Assembly (NCBI RefSeq): GCF_009914755.1
Contig: NC_060932.1
DNA length: 64,000 nucleotides
From: the human T2T-CHM13v2.0 reference genome, Homo sapiens
Direction: 5' to 3' (one strand)
The first letter of the stretch is position 1; every line of letters starts with the position of its first letter. The notes below the pieces were generated by a model that was not told the origin of the DNA, did no database searches, and was given only the letters and a program-made list of their open reading frames with translations. Below, in pieces: positions 8,701 through 21,021 of this stretch. Made by a program: the position numbers and the translations under genes.

Positions 8701-8736
8701 TCCTCCTCAGAGGACAGCGATTCTGACCTGGAGTGA
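5726..8736 (+). CDS. FAM90A: FAM90A family zinc-knuckle protein, 464 aa (copy G1)
   Basis: Exons 5726-5848 (donor GTAAGT), 6343-6542 (branch cactgac, ccgcAG; donor GTGAGC), 7001-7109 (ctgcAG; donor GCGAGT) and 7774-8736. Phases join in frame: 1395 nt = 464 aa + stop. MMARRDPKSWAKRLVRAQTLQKQ...LKCKNCGAFGHTARSTRCPMKCW is the recognisable FAM90A N-terminus. Variants R24,P30,T367. Confidence 0.95.
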
Positions 8737-9350
8737 GACTGCAGGTGGCAGGGGCTCCTTGGCCTCCGGCTCCCGTGACTTGGAGGGGACTGTGGGACTG
8801 AGGAGCGCAGAGCAGAGAGCACACTCTGTGCGGTGACTCCGAAGCTCCCCGGCTGTGGCGCTTCTGTGGATGTGGGAGCCCAGGCCAGGCAGGGAGCAGA
8901 TGCAGGGACTCTGCCTCATTGAATTCTGGTGAGGGACGTTGTAGTTGGCGTGGTTCTCCGGAAACGCGCCAGGAAAAGCTTCCGTGCCAGAGATTCGTTG
9001 CCTCACAAACTGCGTGACGCGCAGGAGTCAGACTTCCGCTGGGACGTCAATAGGAAACTGGGGAATTACTGTGTATTTGCTCTCTAGATGACTGAATAAG
9101 GGAAAAGTTAGGGAACCCTGAGAGGTGCAGCCCTTCCGCTGTGCCCCGCCCTGAGAGCAGAGTTTCGGACGCTGGGAAGCGTGCTGTGCGAAGCGCTCTC
9201 GGGGTCTTTCCTCAGCCTCGAAAACTGGGCTCTGGAATGCCTTTGTACATATGTGTGTTTCATTGGTTTTGAAGTGAATAAAATTCTCAAAAAGATGACA
9301 TATTGTCTTTTGACTCTCATTCCGTGTTTGTGTGTAACTGATTTTCCAAG

Positions 9351-10383
9351 TGAAGGGGTGGCCTGCCCCTCCACACCTGTGGGTGTTTCTAGTCGGGTGG
9401 GATGAGAGACGGAGAAAAGAAATAAGACACAGAGACAAAGTATAGGGAGACAACAGTGGGTCCAGGGGACCGGCACTCAGCACACCTAGGACCTGCACCG
9501 GCACCGGCCTCTGAGTTCCCGCAGTTTTTATTGATTGTGATTTTCATTATTTCAGCACAAAGGAATGCAGTAGGGGAGCAGGGTGATAATAAGGGGAAGG
9601 TCAACAAAAACAACACAAAACAAACACGTGAGCAAAAGAATCCATATCATTATTAAGTTCAAGGGAAGGTACTATGCCTGGACGTGCACGTAGGCCAGAT
9701 TTATGTTTCTCTCCACACAAATATCTCAGCGGAGTAAAGAATAACAAGGCAGCATTACTGCCAACATGTCTCGCCTCCCGCCACAGGGCAGCTTTTCTCC
9801 GAGCTCAGAGTTGAACAAATGTACGATCGGGCTTTACACCGAGACATTCAGTTCCCAGGGGCAAGCAGGAGACAGTGGCCTTCCTCCATCTGAACTGCAA
9901 GAGGCGTTCCTCTTTGACTAATCCACCTCAGCACAGACACATTGCGGGTGTCAGGCTGGGGGACATTCAGGACTTTCCCATCCCACGAGGCCATATTTCA
10001 GACTGTCACATGGGGAGAAACCTTGGACAATACCCTGCTATCAAGGGCAGAGGTCCCTGTGGCTTTCCACGGTGCATTGCGCCCCTGGTTTATTGAGACT
10101 AGAGAATGGCAATGACTTCTACCAAGTATACTGCTCGTAAACATTTGGTTAACAAGGCGCGTCCTGCACAGCCCCAGATCCCTTAAACCTCGATTTTATA
10201 CAACACAGGTTTTTGTGAGCTCCAAGTTGGGTCAAAGGAAGGGGCTGCGGCAAGGCAACAAATGAACAACATCTCAGCAAAGCAATTGTTTAAAGTACAG
10301 GTCTTTTTCAAAATGGAGTCTCTTATGTCTTCCCCTTCTACATAGACACAGTGACAGTCTGATCTCTCTTTCTTTACCCTACA
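9351..10383 (-). mobile_element. Solo HERV-K(HML-2) LTR5A-like (copy)
   Basis: Same termini and TCCAAG TSD; offset +7,648. Confidence 0.93.
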
Positions 10384-12131
10384 TCCAAGGGCTTGAACAT
10401 TTCTTGACTTGTTGGCAATCCAAATCGTTACGTCTCCGAAACAGAGTTGACTGAGGGGACCGCAGGGCTGGGCAGGACCTTTGACTTCCTATACATCCAC
10501 AGGAGCAAGAAAACCTCAGCCCCACTCTACCAACACGCACCTAGTAAAATTCCGCCAACCGCATCTCACGCACGCTAACACGTGGGGAGCGTTGCTTGCA
10601 CCACGAGTCCCCATTTGGCTCAACCGCCGATGCCAAGTGTGTGGTTCCAGTTGCGACGGCCCCCCGTGAAGTGGCTTCCGGATGTGCGAAGGAACCAGGC
10701 AGAGTTTCACTGGCCAAATAGACCCCAGCAAAGCTGAAGTTAACTCCCACATTTGGGATGTACTTCAGAGGTAAAACATTCATCCCGTCTTCTTTCCGGA
10801 TGTCTGACACCATGGTTCTCCCCCTGATCCTAAGAGTAGCTGAGGCAGAGACTCACTGAAAGATCTAGGCGGGGATATCCCATCATGCACAGGCTCTCTC
10901 CATTCTCTGACCTGGGAACAACTCTCAGCAGGATTCCACATCTAGGAGGCCTCGGAACTCAGCGGGATTTTCTGAGACACACCAACTGGCTGCTCCCTCT
11001 CCGCCGCTGTTGAGGGTCGTTATCTTGATTATCCAGATCACCTAGAAAGTATCCGTATCCAGAATGAATAAGATCAACTCTCTGCTCCTCTGACAGCAGA
11101 AGGAGCAGGACCGTAAGGAACCAAAGAGCGTGGAAGGAAACGATGTGACAGGAAAGCTCAGAGAACGGCCACAGGGGGTCGTCAGCAGGCCTTCCAACCT
11201 GAATCATGAATAATTAATGAAGCGCAAATCAAAGGGGACTCGAGTTTCAGCAGGAGCAATTCATCCAACGGGAGATCGCCGGAGGGCCAACAAGATTGAG
11301 TGACTGGGAGCCGGGTGCAGTGTCAAAGGGGACGCGACTGGTTCCAAAGCTCGAGAAGACCATGGGGTCACTTGGGCTACATGAGAAAACGCCCCAGTGT
11401 GCTGGTTCATCATTCCGACTCCTGCCTGTCTCTTCCCGTCCAAGGAACATGGACCCTAAGTCGTGCAGGTGCGGATGACCATGGGCAGAATTAGGGGCCG
11501 TGGCACAAAAGTTCACCGACACGGGAGTTCCACAGAAGGTGCGGTGGATCTTCGCAAATCCAGAGACATGGCAATGGGACCCAGGGAATTACAGCCTCAC
11601 AGGCGTCCGGGAGACTTTTCAGGCATAATGCCTGGAGTCGCAAGAGGAGCTGAAAAAGGAGCCAGGCACTGAAGGACAAAGCGTTGTTGACTTTCCTCAT
11701 CTGTGTTTCCCAGTGCGGTCCAATTCACGGTTGTTTCCAAGCGCCTCCTGGGGGAGAAAACACATGAGGGTGCGGTCAGGGTTCTCTGCTGACAGACTTA
11801 CCTTGGGGAAGAAAGAGAAGCTCTGAAGATGGATCATGGCCGTGACTGCATGTCAAGGAGAGTCTCCTTGATGACACTGAGGCCTACGTCGAGATAGACA
11901 AAATGTGGTCCAATTAAAAGGTGTCTATTTTACCACATTTTTTAAAACAAAACAAAACAAAACAACAAAAAAGATGGAAAAGAAGACAGGGGTACAGGCA
12001 CCAGTGTTACATGTCTGACGGGGAACATCTATTGTTCAAAGCTTGCAGCTGTACAAGTAGGTTTTAGAATGTCTGTCAGCAGTGGACATGATCTTAGAGT
12101 GGGCTGTGCAGATAGACCTTTCCAGGTCATG

Positions 12132-12248
12132 TAATTGGATTAAGTTAATTGCAATTAAGGTACAGGTAACTGATTAGGTTAGGGTACGTTCCATGTCAGG
12201 TGACCAGAGGCAGTATAAAAGGCAGCCTGGAAAGCGGAGGTCCCTCTC
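12132..12248 (+). promoter_or_regulatory. Putative FAM90A core promoter (G2), canonical TATAAAAG
   Basis: DUX4-type motif 12171-12181; TATAAAAG 12214-12221. Confidence 0.75.
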
Positions 12249-13373
12249 TGCCCCTTCCTCCGTCGTCCTGGATGCTGCATCGCTTCCAGCCGGGCTGCTG
12301 CAGCACCTGCCCATCTCAGCGCCAGCCTGGGAAAGAAAGTAGACGTGTAATTTCAGGTTGGTTTCGCTGAACAATTGTTTGTTTCACGCAATCCCTGAGG
12401 GGTTTTTGCGGGGGGTGTGGGGGAGGAAGAGACAAAGGAGGCCGAAAGAAACCGATCACACTGGGGCTTGCTGGTGGGGTAGGATGTGTTCTCGTTACTA
12501 GTAATTCTTGGAACAGAAAACGAGAAAACATATCCGTCTCCACGTGTGGGAGAAGACCAAGATGGGAATGGGAAAAGAAATGTACTGCAGCATGCTGAAT
12601 TGGTGGGTAAATGGAAAAAGGACTTTGGAAAAAAGGGGGGTTTGCCCTTCAGCCGTGTAAGACGTCGATACGATACGGCACTTCTTCCCCGTTTGTTCAG
12701 ATGAATTCGTGTGGTGTGCGTAAAATACCAGGAAAATAAATAAAGAGGGGCTGGAGCTAAAGCCAAAAGATAGAACAGGAAAGATCCTCACCTGCTAGTG
12801 CGGTAGAGAGGAAGGTAACTTCTCTGTATGAATTTGTGCTTGGAAGTTGCCTAATGAAATGGCAAGAGTAGCGATTCAAGTTGTCACAGGAAGCATCCCT
12901 TATCCGTGACTTCAAGCAGACCTGCCAAAGGGTGGCACACGCCATGCCCTGTGTCTTCGATCATTCTGTCCGTCAAGGGAGATAGAATCACCGTGTCTTC
13001 TACCGGAGTGAATCGTGAGAGACCTAAGTCCAGTCTCCAGAATCAGTTGTTTGTTTGGGGTTGAAAGCTCAACCCCCCCATACCTAGGCCACGGGCCCTG
13101 TGGCAGGTGGGGTTTACTCTTGGACTAGGTAGTCATGGCAGAGGAACACACAATATCCGAGGATGCGCACAGCACATTGTGTTCTACAGATTTGACCGAC
13201 TGGTGGTGAGGTCTCCTCATGACCACACAGGCAGGGAGTTAGCAGGTGGCTTCCTGTGGGTGTGTGAATATCCAACGTGCTTAACCATCGACATGTGTGT
13301 GTTTGTGTGTGTTTCAGGTGGCCCAACAGTCCACCCCTGAAAAAGGCGGTCATAAAACCCCCAGGAGACGAAG

Positions 13374-16300
13374 ATGATGGCACGTCGGGACCCCAAATCT
13401 TGGGCCAAGAGACTGGTGAGAGCCCAGACCCTCCAGAAGCAGCGGAGGGCCCCAGTTGGGCCAAGGGCTCCCCCGCCCGATGAAGAAGATCCCAGGGTAA
13501 GTGTAGCCCTGGATCTCTTGGGTATCGGGGTGGGGGTGGGGACGGGGGGAGGGGCTGTCCCACGGTCCTCAGAGACTGGGTTGGATTCCAAAGAGTTCTG
13601 TCACCACCAGCCAGGTTGCTTTTCCCATCCAAGGTGGGCGTGGCTTGGGACCTTCTCCCCGGCCCGATAGGTCCCTTGAGAGACTCTTGGGGGCAACCTC
13701 CCTTTCTACTTAGAGTCCTGTGTAGCCATGTTTGGCTGCGTTGTTGACATCGGCTTCACCATCGTGCCCCTTGGAACCTTGAGTCCTTCCTTTCAGAGTT
13801 CCTCCGTCACATGGGCTTTGCGAGGGAACATCGTATCCGAACTCTCCCAGCACTTAACGGCCCCCATGCCGGTGTCCCCTCTTTGGAATCCTTATTCAGC
13901 TCTGAATTCACAATCCGTCCCAATGTTGACGTGGGATCGCTGCCTGTGGCTTCAGCTCACTCACTGACATCACTTCCTTTCCACCCGCAGCTCAAGTGCA
14001 AAAACTGCGGGGCCTTTGGCCACACGGCCAGAAGTACCAGGTGCCCCATGAAGTGCTGGAAGGCAGCCCTGGTTCCAGCGACCTTGGGGAAAAAGGAAGG
14101 GAAGGAAAACCTGAAACCATGGAAGCCCCGGGGTGAAGCCAACCCGGGGCCCTTGAACAAGGATAAGGGAGAGAAGGAAGAGAGACCAAGGTGAGCAGTG
14201 GGAGGGGTTTTCACCACTCTTAGGGTACGGCCTCCCAAGGACATGGTGTCTCTGCACCTGCACACCGTGTGCCTTTCCGTCTCCGGGCCAGGGAAGGAAC
14301 GCTGCAGAGAAATAGGCCGGAGCTCCGTGTCCTCCGGGGTTCCACACCCAGGAGCTCCTTGGGCTCTGGGAGATTCAGGGACGGGGAGAGGCGGGGGCGC
14401 TTCGTGCAGGTTCCCCACGACAGCGGGAAAAGCGATGGAATCCAAATCACAGTCCTTAGTTGGGAAGCCTAGAGGGCCACCTGGAGGATGGGAAGGTTGG
14501 CACGTGAGGGAAGGTGCAGAGGCGGAAAGGGCACCAGATGTCCATTTCTGTATCACAAAACACGGAATGGGGCTGGGCCCCAGACGGGGTTCTCCCTGTC
14601 TCCTGGGGAAAACCAGGGGGCACGGCCTGACCTTCTTCTGTTCTGCAGGCAACAAGACCCGCAGAGGAAGGCTCTCCTCCACATGTTTTCCGGGAAACCT
14701 CCAGAGAAGCCGCTGCCGAATGGAAAAGGATCCACGGAATCTTCTGATTATCTGAGGGCGAGTGTCACCCCGGGCCCCTGGTCTTTTTCTCCTCTAGGTC
14801 ACCCTGGTTGATTTCCTTTCAGCTTCCCGTCTGCGGGAGGAAATCGGGGAACCCCTCTTTCTTGCCTTCTTGGGGTCAGGGACTCCACGATCCTTCCAGG
14901 TCAATTGGATTCCAGGCGAAGGCATCTGAACATGCCGTATTTCCTGTTGCTTTCTTTCTGTCCAATTATGGCAAGCCTGCCAACAACACGTTCCTAGCGG
15001 CATGAGGAAATTAGTCCCTCAGAGGCCCCAAACGTGGAGAAGGCGAAACCCAGGAACATGCATGTGTTCAGAGAAGACGTCCCGAGTACCCTTGAGCCAG
15101 CAACCTGCCTTGGGAAGGGCATTAGTCCGTTCCACTTCATGGAAGGCTGAGTGGAGGCGCTTTGATCCAGTTAATGCCCAAGACGCGATCTTTTGAACAA
15201 TGGTGTGCTTAGATCAGCTACACATAGCTCGAGAGCGCATCTTTCATGTGTCTTGTCCTGATCAGCACTCAGGTGGAGGGTCTGTCCCTACTTCCAAGGA
15301 CCGCCTGTCGATACTGTACTAAGAATTTCATGGCGTGTGCACCTTGTCTTTGGATGTGCTTGATTTTCACGTTGGCTCCATGCTGAGGAACTTCTAACCT
15401 GTGTTGTTTCCTCTCTTTCAGGTTGCAAGCGGGCCAATGCCGGTCCACACAACCAGTAAGAGGCCGCGCTTGGACCCTGTCCTCGCTGATCGCTCAGCTA
15501 CCGCAATGTCTGGCAGGGGCTCCGTCTTGGCTTCACTGTCTCCCCTCAGAAAAGCCAGCCTGAGCTCCTCCTCAAGTCTTGGACCAAAGGAAAGACAGAC
15601 AGGGGCTGCGGCCGACATGCCTCAGCCTGCAGTCAGGCACCAGGGCCGCGAGCCTCTCCTCGTGGTGAAGCCGACACACAGCCGCCCCGAGGGTGGCTGC
15701 CGAGAAGTTCCCCAGGCTGCCTCCAAAACCCACGGCCTGCTCCAGGCCGCCAGACCCCAGGCACAAGACAAACGTCCTGCGGTGACCTCACAGCCCTGCC
15801 CGCCAGCCGCCACACACAGCTTGGGCCTAGGCTCCAATCTCAGCTTCGGGCCAGGAGCCAAGAGACCTGCCCAGGCTCCGATTCAGGCTTGCCTGAACTT
15901 CCCCAAGAAACCGAGACTGGGTCCCTTCCAGATCCCCGAAAGCGCCATCCAGGGAGGTGAGCTGGGGGCCCCGGAGAATCTCCAACCTCCGCCAGCCGCA
16001 ACCGAACTTGGACCAAGTACGTCGCCCCAGATGGGCAGGAGGACACCGGCCCAGGTGCCCAGCGTCGACCGGCAGCCTCCGCACAGCACACCTTGCCTGC
16101 CTACTGCCCAGGCCTGCACCATGTCCCATCACTCAGCGGCCAGCCATGATGGGGCCCAGCCTCTCAGAGTGCTCTTCCGGAGACTGGAAAACGGACGCTG
16201 GAGCTCCAGCCTCCTGGCGGCCCCCTCATTTCACTCTCCTGAGAAGCCGGGAGCCTTCCTCGCTCAGAGCCCTCATGTGTCAGAGAAGTCTGAGGCTCCC

Positions 16301-16384
16301 TGTGTTCGTGTCCCACCGAGCGTCCTCTATGAGGACCTTCAGGTTTCCTCCTCCTCAGAGGACAGCGATTCTGACCTGGAGTGA
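13374..16384 (+). CDS. FAM90A: FAM90A family protein, 464 aa (copy G2)
   Basis: Exons 13374-13496, 13991-14190, 14649-14757, 15422-16384. Splice sites intact. Protein identical to G1. Confidence 0.95.
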
Positions 16385-16998
16385 GACTGCAGGTGGCAGG
16401 GGCTCCTTGGCCTCCGGCTCCCGTGACTTGGAGGGGACTGTGGGACTGAGGAGCGCAGAGCAGAGAGCACACTCTGTGCGGTGACTCCGAAGCTCCCCGG
16501 CTGTGGCGCTTCTGTGGATGTGGGAGCCCAGGCCAGGCAGGGAGCAGATGCAGGGACTCTGCCTCATTGAATTCTGGTGAGGGACGTTGTAGTTGGCGTG
16601 GTTCTCCGGAAACGCGCCAGGAAAAGCTTCCGTGCCAGAGATTCGTTGCCTCACAAACTGCGTGACGCGCAGGAGTCAGACTTCCGCTGGGACGTCAATA
16701 GGAAACTGGGGAATTACTGTGTATTTGCTCTCTAGATGACTGAATAAGGGAAAAGTTAGGGAACCCTGAGAGGTGCAGCCCTTCCGCTGTGCCCCGCCCT
16801 GAGAGCAGAGTTTCGGACGCTGGGAAGCGTGCTGTGCGAAGCGCTCTCGGGGTCTTTCCTCAGCCTCGAAAACTGGGCTCTGGAATGCCTTTGTACATAT
16901 GTGTGTTTCATTGGTTTTGAAGTGAATAAAATTCTCAAAAAGATGACATATTGTCTTTTGACTCTCATTCCGTGTTTGTGTGTAACTGATTTTCCAAG

Positions 16999-18031
16999 TG
17001 AAGGGGTGGCCTGCCCCTCCACACCTGTGGGTGTTTCTAGTCGGGTGGGATGAGAGACGGAGAAAAGAAATAAGACACAGAGACAAAGTATAGGGAGACA
17101 ACAGTGGGTCCAGGGGACCGGCACTCAGCACACCTAGGACCTGCACCGGCACCGGCCTCTGAGTTCCCGCAGTTTTTATTGATTGTGATTTTCATTATTT
17201 CAGCACAAAGGAATGCAGTAGGGGAGCAGGGTGATAACAAGGGGAAGGTCAACAAAAACAACACAAAACAAACACGTGAGCAAAAGAATCCATATCATTA
17301 TTAAGTTCAAGGGAAGGTACTATGCCTGGACGTGCACGTAGGCCAGATTTATGTTTCTCTCCACACAAATATCTCAGCGGAGTAAAGAATAACAAGGCAG
17401 CATTACTGCCAACATGTCTCGCCTCCCGCCACAGGGCAGCTTTTCTCCGAGCTCAGAGTTGAACAAATGTACGATCGGGCTTTACACCGAGACATTCAGT
17501 TCCCAGGGGCAAGCAGGAGACAGTGGCCTTCCTCCATCTGAACTGCAAGAGGCGTTCCTCTTTGACTAATCCACCTCAGCACAGACACATTGCGGGTGTC
17601 AGGCTGGGGGACATTCAGGACTTTCCCATCCCACGAGGCCATATTTCAGACTGTCACATGGGGAGAAACCTTGGACAATACCCTGCTATCAGGGGCAGAG
17701 GTCCCTGTGGCTTTCCACGGTGCATTGCGCCCCTGGTTTATTGAGACTAGAGAATGGCAATGACTTCTACCAAGTATACTGCTCGTAAACATTTGGTTAA
17801 CAAGGCGCGTCCTGCACAGCCCCAGATCCCTTAAACCTCGATTTTATACAACACAGGTTTTTGTGAGCTCCAAGTTGGGTCAAAGGAAGGGGCTGCGGCA
17901 AGGCAACAAATGAACAACATCTCAGCAAAGCAATTGTTTAAAGTACAGGTCTTTTTCAAAATGGAGTCTCTTATGTCTTCCCCTTCTACATAGACACAGT
18001 GACAGTCTGATCTCTCTTTCTTTACCCTACA
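16999..18031 (-). mobile_element. Solo HERV-K(HML-2) LTR5A-like (copy)
   Basis: Same termini and TCCAAG TSD. Confidence 0.93.
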
Positions 18032-19779
18032 TCCAAGGGCTTGAACATTTCTTGACTTGTTGGCAATCCAAATCGTTACGTCTCCGAAACAGAGTTGACT
18101 GAGGGGACCGCAGGGCTGGGCAGGACCTTTGACTTCCTATACATCCACAGGAGCAAGAAAACCTCAGCCCCACTCTACCAACACGCACCTAGTAAAATTC
18201 CGCCAACCGCATCTCACGCACGCTAACACGTGGGGAGCGTTGCTTGCACCACGAGTCCCCATTTGGCTCAACCGCCGATGCCAAGTGTGTGGTTCCAGTT
18301 GCGACGGCCCCCCGTGAAGTGGCTTCCGGATGTGCGAAGGAACCAGGCAGAGTTTCACTGGCCAAATAGACCCCAGCAAAGCTGAAGTTAACTCCCACAT
18401 TTGGGATGTACTTCAGAGGTAAAACATTCATCCCGTCTTCTTTCCGGATGTCTGACACCATGGTTCTCCCCCTGATCCTAAGAGTAGCTGAGGCAGAGAC
18501 TCACTGAAAGATCTAGGCGGGGATATCCCATCATGCACAGGCTCTCTCCATTCTCTGACCTGGGAACAACTCTCAGCAGGATTCCACATCTAGGAGGCCT
18601 CGGAACTCAGCGGGATTTTCTGAGACACACCAACTGGCTGCTCCCTCTCCGCCGCTGTTGAGGGTCGTTATCTTGATTATCCAGATCACCTAGAAAGTAT
18701 CCGTATCCAGAATGAATAAGATCAACTCTCTGCTCCTCTGACAGCAGAAGGAGCAGGACCGTAAGGAACCAAAGAGCGTGGAAGGAAACGATGTGACAGG
18801 AAAGCTCAGAGAACGGCCACAGGGGGTCGTCAGCAGGCCTTCCAACCTGAATCATGAATAATTAATGAAGCGCAAATCAAAGGGGACTCGAGTTTCAGCA
18901 GGAGCAATTCATCCAACGGGAGATCGCCGGAGGGCCAACAAGATTGAGTGACTGGGAGCCGGGTGCAGTGTCAAAGGGGACGCGACTGGTTCCAAAGCTC
19001 GAGAAGACCATGGGGTCACTTGGGCTACATGAGAAAACGCCCCAGTGTGCTGGTTCATCATTCCGACTCCTGCCTGTCTCTTCCCGTCCAAGGAACATGG
19101 ACCCTAAGTCGTGCAGGTGCGGATGACCATGGGCAGAATTAGGGGCCGTGGCACAAAAGTTCACCGACACGGGAGTTCCACAGAAGGTGCGGTGGATCTT
19201 CGCAAATCCAGAGACATGGCAATGGGACCCAGGGAATTACAGCCTCACAGGCGTCCGGGAGACTTTTCAGGCATAATGCCTGGAGTCGCAAGAGGAGCTG
19301 AAAAAGGAGCCAGGCACTGAAGGACAAAGCGTTGTTGACTTTCCTCATCTGTGTTTCCCAGTGCGGTCCAATTCACGGTTGTTTCCAAGCGCCTCCTGGG
19401 GGAGAAAACACATGAGGGTGCGGTCAGGGTTCTCTGCTGACAGACTTACCTTGGGGAAGAAAGAGAAGCTCTGAAGATGGATCATGGCCGTGACTGCATG
19501 TCAAGGAGAGTCTCCTTGATGACACTGAGGCCTACGTCGAGATAGACAAAATGTGGTCCAATTAAAAGGTGTCTATTTTACCACATTTTTTAAAACAAAA
19601 CAAAACAAAACAACAAAAAAGATGGAAAAGAAGACAGGGGTACAGGCACCAGTGTTACATGTCTGACGGGGAACATCTATTGTTCAAAGCTTGCAGCTGT
19701 ACAAGTAGGTTTTAGAATGTCTGTCAGCAGTGGACATGATCTTAGAGTGGGCTGTGCAGATAGACCTTTCCAGGTCATG

Positions 19780-19896
19780 TAATTGGATTAAGTTAATTGC
19801 AATTAAGGTACAGGTAACTGATTAGGTTAGGGTACGTTCCATGTCAGGTGACCAGAGGCAGTATAAAAGGCAGCCTGGAAAGCGGAGGTCCCTCTC
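19780..19896 (+). promoter_or_regulatory. Putative FAM90A core promoter (G3), canonical TATAAAAG
   Basis: DUX4-type motif 19819-19829; TATAAAAG 19862-19869. Confidence 0.75.
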
Positions 19897-21021
19897 TGCC
19901 CCTTCCTCCGTCGTCCTGGATGCTGCATCGCTTCCAGCCGGGCTGCTGCAGCACCTGCCCATCTCAGCGCCAGCCTGGGAAAGAAAGTAGACGTGTAATT
20001 TCAGGTTGGTTTCGCTGAACAATTGTTTGTTTCACGCAATCCCTGAGGGGTTTTTGCGGGGGGTGTGGGGGAGGAAGAGACAAAGGAGGCCGAAAGAAAC
20101 CGATCACACTGGGGCTTGCTGGTGGGGTAGGATGTGTTCTCGTTACTAGTAATTCTTGGAACAGAAAACGAGAAAACATATCCGTCTCCACGTGTGGGAG
20201 AAGACCAAGATGGGAATGGGAAAAGAAATGTACTGCAGCATGCTGAATTGGTGGGTAAATGGAAAAAGGACTTTGGAAAAAAGGGGGGTTTGCCCTTCAG
20301 CCGTGTAAGACGTCGATACGATACGGCACTTCTTCCCCGTTTGTTCAGATGAATTCGTGTGGTGTGCGTAAAATACCAGGAAAATAAATAAAGAGGGGCT
20401 GGAGCTAAAGCCAAAAGATAGAACAGGAAAGATCCTCACCTGCTAGTGCGGTAGAGAGGAAGGTAACTTCTCTGTATGAATTTGTGCTTGGAAGTTGCCT
20501 AATGAAATGGCAAGAGTAGCGATTCAAGTTGTCACAGGAAGCATCCCTTATCCGTGACTTCAAGCAGACCTGCCAAAGGGTGGCACACGCCATGCCCTGT
20601 GTCTTCGATCATTCTGTCCGTCAAGGGAGATAGAATCACCGTGTCTTCTACCGGAGTGAATCGTGAGAGACCTAAGTCCAGTCTCCAGAATCAGTTGTTT
20701 GTTTGGGGTTGAAAGCTCAACCCCCCCATACCTAGGCCACGGGCCCTGTGGCAGGTGGGGTTTACTCTTGGACTAGGTAGTCATGGCAGAGGAACACACA
20801 ATATCCGAGGATGCGCACAGCACATTGTGTTCTACAGATTTGACCGACTGGTGGTGAGGTCTCCTCATGACCACACAGGCAGGGAGTTAGCAGGTGGCTT
20901 CCTGTGGGTGTGTGAATATCCAACGTGCTTAACCATCGACATGTGTGTGTTTGTGTGTGTTTCAGGTGGCCCAACAGTCCACCCCTGAAAAAGGCGGTCA
21001 TAAAACCCCCAGGAGACGAAG